The position numbers were made by a program, and so were the translations under genes. Source: a virus (taxonomy: Duplodnaviria > Heunggongvirae > Uroviricota > Caudoviricetes). From it: 31,107 nt of DNA. The DNA lies in IMG/VR virus record IMGVR_UViG_3300002835_000064; one strand, written 5' to 3'. Of the stretch, positions 1 to 8,719 are shown piece by piece. Each line of letters opens with the position of its first letter. Within the stretch, counting starts at the first letter, position 1. The notes under the pieces were generated by a model. The model saw nothing but the letters and a program-made list of their open reading frames with translations. It was not told the origin of the DNA and did no database searches.

Positions 1-3000
1 ACACAAAAAGCAGTTAAAGCTTATGTTGATACTACTATCACAACAAGTAATATTGATGTTAATCAATTACCGACTAGTGTTGTTTTATTAGACGGTACTG
101 GGAAAATACCAAATTCATTATTACCGCCAGTATCATTAACTGGAAGTACAATTACACCAGCTTCATATACTGCGATGGTTGCAACTACTGCTACTACGGG
201 TACATTAGCTATAGTAACAGCCGATTCGGATCCGACGAAAAATGGATCGTATATTAAATTAGCTGACGGATCTTGGCAAAAATTATCAGTTACTTCAAGT
301 TCCGTTAATTCAATTAATGGTAAAACCGGAAATATTACTAAAATATTACCAGAAGATATAGCCGGAGTTTTTGCGGATGATGCGAATAAAACATTATTAT
401 CTTCGAAATTACCTATATTTGATGGTGATGTCATTTCGACAACTGGGGCGAGATCGACCTTAACCTTAAAAGAAATTGAATCTATTACTGAAAATGTCGC
501 ATATTCATCAGTTATATTAAACAAAAAAGGTTTAGTAATTGGTGGTACTATCGGTGCAAGTACCGATGCTTATACTAAAGTAGAAAGTGACGGTAAATAT
601 GTAACTATATTAGCATTAGGTTCTAAAAATACAAATAATGGTTATGCTGGTCTATCGGCAACTGGATTATTAGATAATTCAGTATTACCAGTATTTGACG
701 GCGATGTAATATCGACTACTAATGCAAAAACAACATTAACATTAAAAGATATCGAAACCATTACTGAAAATGTTGCTTACTCATCAGTTATATTAAACAA
801 AAAAGGTTTAGTAGTTGGTGGAACAATTGGAGCTAGCACTGATGCTTATACCAAAGTAGAAAGTGATGGCAAATACGTTTTAAAAACAGTAGTCGGGGTA
901 CGAAATACATCGGGTGGTTTTGCTGGCTTAGATGCAAACGGCGTTTTAAATAATGAACAATTACCATTATTTGATGGCGACGTTATTAATAGTTCCGAAT
1001 CTAGAAATATTTTAGTTTTAAAAGATATGGTTGGATTAGCAACCGGAACATCATTTACTTCAGTTACCGTAAATAGTAAAGGTTTAGTAATAGGCGGGAC
1101 AATCGGTGAAGTTTATACTAGAGCTGATGCTGAAGCTGCATTTATATCGAAAATTGAAGCAGGTGATAAAAATGCACCTAGTGGTTATCTAGGATTAAAT
1201 TCTAGTGGTAAGATCGAAGCTAATTTCTTACCATTATTTACTGGTGATGTTGTATCAAGCGCTAATGCACGCAATGTATTAACTTTACCTGAAATTGATG
1301 GGTTAGTAGAAGGTATTAAGTATTCATCAATTACCGTAAACAAAAAAGGTTTAGTGGTTGGTGGAACTAGAGGTGAAGTTTATTCGAAAGACGAAGCTGA
1401 TCTAGCATTCGCATCTAAATTAGTTTTAGGTGACCGAAATGCCGCCGACGGCTTTATCGGTTTAAATTCGAATGGTAAAATCGATCCGGCTTATTTACCA
1501 GCAATTACATTAAATTCAGTTCAAACTGTTACTACTATTGCGGAGCGTGATGCATTAAGTGTTCGAGTTGGTGATGTTGCGATTGTAGTTGGTAATATAA
1601 ACAAAACATTTATATTATCTAGTATCGATCCGATTACTTGGATCGAAATGGTAAATCCATTGGGTGGTGTTACTTCAGTTAATGGTAATACTGGAGATAT
1701 TAATCTTTCATTATCTAATTTACCTGGAGTTATATCGCACGAAAAATTACCAGCTTATACATCCGGTGATGTAATTACAAATACGACAACCAATAATTTA
1801 GAATTAGCCACAATTAATGGTTTAGTAGCTGGTTCATATAGTAAAGTAACAATTAATGAAAAAGGGTTAGTTACTGCGACTAGCCAATTAACGTTAGCTG
1901 ATATTCCTAATTTATCATGGGATAAAATTACTTTAAATAAACCTACGACTTTAGCTGAGTTTGGTATTATTGATGTTGTATCATCTAATGATCCTAGATT
2001 TACTGATGCTAGAGCACCATTAGCTCATACACATATCATTGATGATATTACTGGATTGCAGTCGGCATTAGATGGTAAACTAATAGGTAATACAGCAATA
2101 GTAGCTGGTACTGGATTTAAAATATCATATGATGCGAAAGGTTTGGTAACAAGTAGTTCGGATCTAACATTAGCCGATATACCTGAGTTATCTGCGAGTA
2201 AAATTACAACTGGAGTAATAGATGTTAATCGATTACCAACTAATGTAGTTTTAACTGACGCTAATGGTAATTTGCCATCTAATTTAATTCCTGCGATTTC
2301 ATTAACAAATACTATTACTCCAGCTTCGTATGCAGCTATGTCATCAGCTACTGCGACAACCGGGACATTAGCTATTGTAACCGATGATGCGGATTTAACA
2401 AAAAATGGATCATATATTAAATTAGCTGACGGTTCATGGAAAAAAATGACCGTTCCATCAAATACGGTTGCATCAATTAATGGTAAAACCGGAAATATTG
2501 AAAAAATACTACCCGAAGATATAGCCGGCGTATTTGATATTGATGCGAATAAAACATTATTATCATCAAAATTACCTATCTTTGATGGCGATGTAATATC
2601 AACAACCGAATCAAGAAATACCTTAACTCTAAAAGAAATTAGTGGGTTAACTGAAAATGTTGCTTATTCATCAGTTATATTAAACAAAAAAGGTTTAGTA
2701 ATTGGCGGTATTGTCGGTGAGAATTATACTAAAGCAGAAAGTGATGCAAAATACCTAGCTAAAAATGATTTAACTGGTGATTTTGTAACTTCGATTAACG
2801 GTAAAAAAGGAACTATTACTAAAATTGAAGCTGATGATATTGCTGGAGTATTTAATTCTGATTCAAATAAAACATTATTAGTTTCTAAATTACCTATCTT
2901 TGATGGTGATGTAATATCGACAACCGATTCAAGAAATACATTAACATTAAAAGAAATTAGTGGATTAACTGCTAATGTAAGTTATTCATCGGTTATCTTA

Positions 3001-6000
3001 AACAAAAAAGGTTTAGTAGTTGGTGGTATTGTTGGTGAGAATTATTCAAAATCAGAAACTAATGATAAGTTCTTATCATTAGCAATTTCTGGTAATAGAA
3101 ATGCACCTAGTGGGTTTGTTGGTTTAAATACTGCAGGTAAAATTGAACCATCATATTTACCGGCAATTACATTAAACAATATCAAAACAGTAACTACATT
3201 AGAAGATCGAGATGCATTGTTTGTTGCATTAAATGATGTTGTTATTGTTTCGAGTCTTAGCAAAACCTTTATATTAACGTCGAATACACCTAAAACATGG
3301 AATGAGTTATTAAGTCCAGCTGGTGGAGTAAGTTCAGTAAATGGTAATACTGGTGCAGTCACCGTCGATTTATCTAATATTCCAGGTACATTACCGTTAG
3401 ATAAATTGCCTACTTATACATTAGGTGATGTAATAACCAATACCACAACTAAAGAATTAGAGTTAAAAACATTATCTAATTTAACTCCTGGTCAATATAC
3501 GAAAGTATCGGTTAATAATAAAGGTTTAATTGTTTCTGCAAGTCAATTAACGGCAACTGATATTCCAAATATATCGTGGAATAAAATTACATTAGATAAA
3601 CCAACTACTTTAGCTGGTTTTGGTATTGCTGAACAATATGCTACATTAATCAATAATAAAATACCGTATGATTTATTAAATCGCGATGTTATTGAAGGTG
3701 ATGCATTACCAGCCATTGGCGAAGCTAATAAAATCTACGTTAACAAAACCACTAATACAACTCATCGTTGGGATGGAGCTGCTTTTGTTCAAATCGGTGG
3801 GGGTGGTGGTAGTGCTAATAATTTAACTGGTGTTTTAAATCTAAGTTTGATTCCAGATTTAAGTATCAATAAAATTACTGGATTGCAAACTGCATTGGAT
3901 GGAAAACTATCTAAAAATGCGGCAATATCGGCCGGTACTGGGATTAAAGTAACTTATGATACAAATGGATTGATCGTAAGTAGCTCGGGGTTATTAGCCT
4001 CAGATATACCGGATTTAAATGCAAGTAAGATTACGGCAGGTATTATCGATATTAATAGATTACCAACTAATATCGTTCTAACTGATGAATCGGGTAAATT
4101 ACCAGCTTCTTTAATTCCATCAGTAACGTTAACTAATACTGTTACTCCAGCTACCACTGCGGATATGACTTCGTCTACTGCAGATACTGGTACTTTAGCT
4201 ATTATTACTAATGATCCAGATCCAACTAAAAATGGATCTTACATTAAGATGGATGATGGTTCATGGACTCAAGTAACAACACCGACTGATACGGTTGCGT
4301 CAATTAATGGCAAAACTGGAATTATATCAAAAATATTACCAGAAGATATAGCTGGAGTATTTGAACCGGATGCTAATAAAACATTATTAACTTCAAAATT
4401 ACCATTATTTGATGGTGATGTTGTTTCTACGACTAATTCTAGAAATACATTAACATTAAAAGAAATTAGTGGTTTAATTGATAATGCAACTTATACATCA
4501 ATTAGAGTAAACAAAAAAGGTTTAGTAATTGGTGGTACAATCGGAGAAGTCTATAGTAAAACTGATACTGATGCGAAATTTGTTACTAATATATCATTAG
4601 GTAGTAAAAATACAGCTGGTGGTTATGCTGGATTATCAGTAAATGGTACTATCGAATTAAATCAATTACCGATATTTAATGGTGATGTAATATCTACAGC
4701 TAATGCTAGAGGAACATTATCATTAAAAGAAATTGGTGGATTAACGGAAAATGTTAATTATTCATCAGTTAGAATAAACAAAAAAGGTTTAGTAATTGGT
4801 GGAACGATTGGTGAAAACTATAGTAAAACCGATACTGATGCAAAATTCGTAACTAAATTATCATTAGGTAGTAAAAATACAGCTGGTGGTTATGTAGGTT
4901 TAAATCTAAATTCAAAAATCGATTTAACCTATCTACCATCAATGACGACTAATAACGTAATTCCAGTTGCTACATTAGATGATCGTGATGCATTAAGTGC
5001 TAATATCGGTGATGTGGCTATAGTTGCGGCGGTTAATAAAACCTTTATATTAGCTGATACTGCGCCAATGACTTGGATGGAAATGTTAAATCCAACTGGC
5101 GGTGTAACTTCAGTTAATGGTAATATGGGTGCAGTTACAATAGATTTATCAAATATACCAGGAACGTTATCAGCGAGTAAATTACCTGCATATACAACTG
5201 GCGACGTAATCACTAATACAGAAACTGGCGAGTTAGTTTTAAGTCCGATAACTGGTTTAACTGCGGGTGCATATGCAAAAGTAGTAATTAATGAGAAAGG
5301 TTTAGTAATTGGATCTAGTGCATTAACGGCGGCCGATATCCCAGATTTATCTTGGGATAAAATTACCACTGGTAAACCATCAACTGCAGCTGATTTTGGA
5401 TTAACTGATATCATTAGTACATCTAGATTACCAATAGATGATAATGGAATTGATAAATTAGTTACTGTTGGTAGTGATGGTAAAATTAATAGCTTGTTAT
5501 TACCATCATTAGCTATATCAGATACATATACTTTCTTTGCATCAACTGCAACTAAAGATGATATTATCGCCGTTGGTAGCTCGGCATTAAATGCACAACA
5601 AGGTGATATCGCGATAGTAGGCGGAGACGCTAAAGCAACTTATATATTAACATCAAATACTCCGAATATATTAACAGATTGGGTTCAATTACAAACACCA
5701 GAAGGTGGAGTAATTTCAATTAATGGGCAAAAAGGAACCTTAATCTTAGATTATGCGGCTATTGATAATGCGTCTACTAATATTGTTACTGCTGGTTCTT
5801 ATAATAAGGTAACCGTTAATACGAAAGGTAGAATAACTGCAGTTAATAATGAATCATATGCGGTATTAACTAATAATTTATTAGCGGCTGCTAATATACC
5901 ATCATTTAGTGGCGATATAACAAATACCGCCGGATCTGTTAATTTAATATTAACCAATACTGGAGTTACGGCGGGAACATATAACTCAGTAACCGTTGAT

Positions 6001-8154
6001 AGTAAAGGTCGTGTTGTTGCTGGTACTACTGAATTGATGTTGACTAATACTGGAGTAGTTCCTGGAGTTTATAATAAAGTAACAGTCGATGCTCAAGGTA
6101 GAATTACTGCAGGTACAACTGAATTAACATTAGATGAAACTGGGGTTGTTCCAGGAACTTATAATACGGTAACAGTTGATGCGACTGGTCGTATTACGGC
6201 GGGCTTATCGGAACCTACATTATCTGATACTGGAGTCGAACCTGGTTCATATACTTCGGTTATGGTTGATGCTAAAGGTCGGGTAGTAACAGGCTCAAAT
6301 CCATCTACTTTAATAGAATATGGTATTACCGATGCATTAACGGCAGTTGATACGACATGGGGTATGTTTACTCAAGCTGTTTTACCAGAGGAAACTCTAG
6401 GTAATTTAGTTATGGGTGGTGGTGTTAGTTCAGTAAATGGTCATATCGGAGCTGTAAATTTAAACAAATCGGATATTGATTTAGATAACATTGATAATAC
6501 ATCTGATTTAGCAAAACCAGTTTCTATACCACAACAAGCGGCATTAAACATTAAACAAGATTTATTAGTTAGTGGAACTAATATTAAAACCATTAATGGT
6601 CAATCGATATTAGGTGATGGTGATATTACTATATCTGGCGGTAGTGGGGGTGGTTCGTATGTTGATCCGATAACTGGAGAAATTAATGGTTTAGATTTTG
6701 GTGTTTTAATTAATAAACCGACTTCATTATCTGGTTACGGTATATTAGATGCAGCACCATTAAGCCACGTAGCTAATACGAATTTACATTTAACAACTGC
6801 CCAAAAAACATTATTAAGTGGTTTAACCGTTTCTGCAACTGAATTAAATTATACCAGCGGATTGAATGCATCGATTACTTCATTATTAAATGCGAAACAA
6901 TCTACGTTAGTTAGTGGGACCAATATTAAAACAATTAATGGTACTTCTATTGTTGGTGTGGGTGATGTATTTATATCCGGTGGATTACAAGCAACTCCGA
7001 TTAAAACATCTAGTTATACTGCTAATTCAAATGATTTAATTCGAATAAATGCAGTTGGATTACCAGTTATAATTACATTACCAGCTAATCCAGCTGATGG
7101 TGCTAGAATCGGCGTTATTGATATCAGTAATTTATTTGCATCAAATCCAGTTTCGGTTGTTGCTACTGGTAGTAAAACAATTGAAGATGAAACTTCTATA
7201 TTATTAGATATTAACGGAACTTATGTAACATTTACTTATATTTTAGCGACTCAAAACTGGAAGTTATTAGAATTACCGGTTAATGTAATGAGTACTGATG
7301 TTACGGTAGTAAATCAAAATACTGGACCATTTACTACAGTTAATGGATTATCTGGTGAAGTAACTATTAGTAGAGTTACATTAGATATTAATAACGTGGA
7401 TAATATAAAACAATTACCGTATGCTCAAGCAATTCAAGTTTCGGGTGATGTTGTTAGTGATTCTACATTATTAAATTCCGGTTCTTTAGTTTTAACGTTA
7501 TCCGATTCTGGTGTAAGCGCTGGTACTTATAATACATCTAATAATTCAATAAGACCAATTACTATTGATAGTAAAGGTAGAATTACGTCGGTTGGTGATG
7601 CGGTAGAATTACAACCTAATTTTGAGGCAATCACTAACAAGCCATATACCTTAGCCGGATACGGAATTGTTGATGGTGATATTAGTTATAAATTAAAAAC
7701 CGCGACAACTGAAGTTGATATTAGTTTAGCTGCGGCTCCAACGGTCGATCAAACATTAGTTGCAACTAGTGCTACATCAGCGGTATGGATGGATAGAGCT
7801 AGAAATATTATACCGACTGATATTAAAACGGCGAATTATGTTGCATCATCATATGATTTAGTTATAGCTGATTCTAGTGTATCATCATTTAATATTACAT
7901 TACCTGCATCGCCCAATAACGGTACGATTGTTGGTGTAATCGATTTAATGAGAACTTTTGCATCACATCCAGTAACTATATTACCTGGCAATGGAGCAGA
8001 TGTAGAAGATGATACATCTGTCATATTAGATGTAAATAATACATATATTACATTTATTTACATTAGTGCGGCTACAACATGGCGCATTCAAAATATTCCA
8101 GTATCGTATGAAGGTTCTGGTGTCGTTTCTGCAATTGATGGGGGTGGGGCATAA
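1..8154 (+). CDS. Giant repeat-built phage tail fibre protein, 5'-truncated (>=2717 aa)
   Basis: Frame 1 is open from base 1 (TQKAVKAYVDTTITTSNIDVNQLP...), so the ATG at 175 is internal. It carries tail-fibre motifs: TQKAVKAYVD, repeated V(T/N)S(V/I)NGxTG, GxYNxVTVDxKGR, SGTNIKTING and LPAIGEANKIYV...RWDG. Two C-terminal copies of an ITLPAxP..G..(I/V)GVID...F...PV domain resemble T4 gp34-type repeats. Confidence 0.85.
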   Translation, partial: TQKAVKAYVDTTITTSNIDVNQLPTSVVLLDGTGKIPNSLLPPVSLTGSTITPASYTAMVATTATTGTLAIVTADSDPTKNGSYIKLADGSWQKLSVTSSSVNSINGKTGNITKILPEDIAGVFADDANKTLLSSKLPIFDGDVISTTGARSTLTLKEIESITENVAYSSVILNKKGLVIGGTIGASTDAYTKVESDGKYVTILALGSKNTNNGYAGLSATGLLDNSVLPVFDGDVISTTNAKTTLTLKDIETITENVAYSSVILNKKGLVVGGTIGASTDAYTKVESDGKYVLKTVVGVRNTSGGFAGLDANGVLNNEQLPLFDGDVINSSESRNILVLKDMVGLATGTSFTSVTVNSKGLVIGGTIGEVYTRADAEAAFISKIEAGDKNAPSGYLGLNSSGKIEANFLPLFTGDVVSSANARNVLTLPEIDGLVEGIKYSSITVNKKGLVVGGTRGEVYSKDEADLAFASKLVLGDRNAADGFIGLNSNGKIDPAYLPAITLNSVQTVTTIAERDALSVRVGDVAIVVGNINKTFILSSIDPITWIEMVNPLGGVTSVNGNTGDINLSLSNLPGVISHEKLPAYTSGDVITNTTTNNLELATINGLVAGSYSKVTINEKGLVTATSQLTLADIPNLSWDKITLNKPTTLAEFGIIDVVSSNDPRFTDARAPLAHTHIIDDITGLQSALDGKLIGNTAIVAGTGFKISYDAKGLVTSSSDLTLADIPELSASKITTGVIDVNRLPTNVVLTDANGNLPSNLIPAISLTNTITPASYAAMSSATATTGTLAIVTDDADLTKNGSYIKLADGSWKKMTVPSNTVASINGKTGNIEKILPEDIAGVFDIDANKTLLSSKLPIFDGDVISTTESRNTLTLKEISGLTENVAYSSVILNKKGLVIGGIVGENYTKAESDAKYLAKNDLTGDFVTSINGKKGTITKIEADDIAGVFNSDSNKTLLVSKLPIFDGDVISTTDSRNTLTLKEISGLTANVSYSSVILNKKGLVVGGIVGENYSKSETNDKFLSLAISGNRNAPSGFVGLNTAGKIEPSYLPAITLNNIKTVTTLEDRDALFVALNDVVIVSSLSKTFILTSNTPKTWNELLSPAGGVSSVNGNTGAVTVDLSNIPGTLPLDKLPTYTLGDVITNTTTKELELKTLSNLTPGQYTKVSVNNKGLIVSASQLTATDIPNISWNKITLDKPTTLAGFGIAEQYATLINNKIPYDLLNRDVIEGDALPAIGEANKIYVNKTTNTTHRWDGAAFVQIGGGGGSANNLTGVLNLSLIPDLSINKITGLQTALDGKLSKNAAISAGTGIKVTYDTNGLIVSSSGLLASDIPDLNASKITAGIIDINRLPTNIVLTDESGKLPASLIPSVTLTNTVTPATTADMTSSTADTGTLAIITNDPDPTKNGSYIKMDDGSWTQVTTPTDTVASINGKTGIISKILPEDIAGVFEPDANKTLLTSKLPLFDGDVVSTTNSRNTLTLKEISGLIDNATYTSIRVNKKGLVIGGTIGEVYSKTDTDAKFVTNISLGSKNTAGGYAGLSVNGTIELNQLPIFNGDVISTANARGTLSLKEIGGLTENVNYSSVRINKKGLVIGGTIGENYSKTDTDAKFVTKLSLGSKNTAGGYVGLNLNSKIDLTYLPSMTTNNVIPVATLDDRDALSANIGDVAIVAAVNKTFILADTAPMTWMEMLNPTGGVTSVNGNMGAVTIDLSNIPGTLSASKLPAYTTGDVITNTETGELVLSPITGLTAGAYAKVVINEKGLVIGSSALTAADIPDLSWDKITTGKPSTAADFGLTDIISTSRLPIDDNGIDKLVTVGSDGKINSLLLPSLAISDTYTFFASTATKDDIIAVGSSALNAQQGDIAIVGGDAKATYILTSNTPNILTDWVQLQTPEGGVISINGQKGTLILDYAAIDNASTNIVTAGSYNKVTVNTKGRITAVNNESYAVLTNNLLAAANIPSFSGDITNTAGSVNLILTNTGVTAGTYNSVTVDSKGRVVAGTTELMLTNTGVVPGVYNKVTVDAQGRITAGTTELTLDETGVVPGTYNTVTVDATGRITAGLSEPTLSDTGVEPGSYTSVMVDAKGRVVTGSNPSTLIEYGITDALTAVDTTWGMFTQAVLPEETLGNLVMGGGVSSVNGHIGAVNLNKSDIDLDNIDNTSDLAKPVSIPQQAALNIKQDLLVSGTNIKTINGQSILGDGDITISGGSGGGSYVDPITGEINGLDFGVLINKPTSLSGYGILDAAPLSHVANTNLHLTTAQKTLLSGLTVSATELNYTSGLNASITSLLNAKQSTLVSGTNIKTINGTSIVGVGDVFISGGLQATPIKTSSYTANSNDLIRINAVGLPVIITLPANPADGARIGVIDISNLFASNPVSVVATGSKTIEDETSILLDINGTYVTFTYILATQNWKLLELPVNVMSTDVTVVNQNTGPFTTVNGLSGEVTISRVTLDINNVDNIKQLPYAQAIQVSGDVVSDSTLLNSGSLVLTLSDSGVSAGTYNTSNNSIRPITIDSKGRITSVGDAVELQPNFEAITNKPYTLAGYGIVDGDISYKLKTATTEVDISLAAAPTVDQTLVATSATSAVWMDRARNIIPTDIKTANYVASSYDLVIADSSVSSFNITLPASPNNGTIVGVIDLMRTFASHPVTILPGNGADVEDDTSVILDVNNTYITFIYISAATTWRIQNIPVSYEGSGVVSAIDGGGA
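52..5400 (+). repeat. Three intragenic super-repeats starting at about 52, 2218 and 4045, holding 11 copies of an approximately 50-aa LPxFDGDV...NKKGLV unit
   Basis: ID(V/I)NxLPTx(V/I)VLxD..G.(I/L)P..L(L/I)P ... TGTLAI ... KNGSYIK.DGSW ... INGKTG.I.KILPEDIAGVF recurs at all three positions. Long near-identical DNA such as tattcatcagttatattaaacaaaaaaggtttagta recurs at about 501, 778 and 2665. Confidence 0.9.
5950..6300 (+). repeat. Four tandem 90-bp (30-aa) fibre-shaft repeats LTxTGVxxGxYxxVxVDxxGRxxxG
   Basis: Unit starts at 5950, 6040, 6130 and 6220. Related single copies occur near 5794, 7495, 16980 and 20480. Confidence 0.9.
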
Positions 8155-8155
8155 T

Positions 8156-8719
8156 ATGTCAGTTTTAATACAGTTTAGAAGAGATGCTGCAGCGAATTGG
8201 ACTGCAGCAAATCCAACATTAGCTCAAGGTGAAGTTGGTATTGAATTGGGTACGAATAATATGAAAATTGGGGATGGTATTGCAGCGTGGAATGTTCTAC
8301 CGTATGCATTTAATTTACCAGTATTTCCTACATTCCCTACATTCCCGGCTAGTGGGTTGGTCGGAATTTCGGAAACTCAAACCATAACTAATAAAACATT
8401 AACGACTATTGCATTATATGAAACGAAAGTAGCATTGCCAGCTAATAATATTAATTTAGCTACTGGTAATTATTTTACAAAAACTATATCGGGAGCGACA
8501 ACTTTTACGGTTAGTAACACCCCAGCTAGTGGTTTAGTTGGTGAATTTATTTTAGATTTAACTAATGGTGGTAGCTCTACTATTACTTGGTGGGGCGTTA
8601 AATGGGTAAGTGGAACTGCTCCAACATTAACAACGTCAGGTAGAGATGTTTTAGGCTTTTTTACTCATGATAATGGTTCTACTTGGACCGGTTTAGTAAT
8701 CGGTAAGGATATTAAATGA
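8156..8719 (+). CDS. Mtd_N-like domain protein / tail-fibre connector (187 aa)
   Basis: MSVLIQFRRDAAANWTAANPTLAQGEVGIELGTNNMKIGDGIAAWNVLPY matches the N-terminal domain type of Bordetella phage Mtd. Start moved to ATG 8156 (1 nt after the upstream stop) because the paralog at 20721 begins at the equivalent residue. Confidence 0.8.
   Translation: MSVLIQFRRDAAANWTAANPTLAQGEVGIELGTNNMKIGDGIAAWNVLPYAFNLPVFPTFPTFPASGLVGISETQTITNKTLTTIALYETKVALPANNINLATGNYFTKTISGATTFTVSNTPASGLVGEFILDLTNGGSSTITWWGVKWVSGTAPTLTTSGRDVLGFFTHDNGSTWTGLVIGKDIK

Noticed and set aside
8066-8155. 30-aa N-terminal extension of the Mtd_N ORF, or a +1 frameshift / G-tract slippage (GGGGGTGGGG) fusing it to the giant fibre
   Set aside because: The paralog at 20721 starts at the residue equivalent to ATG 8156. 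The G5 tract is short and simply encodes Gly-Gly. The paralogous junction at 20721 has a different frame offset and no slippery site.
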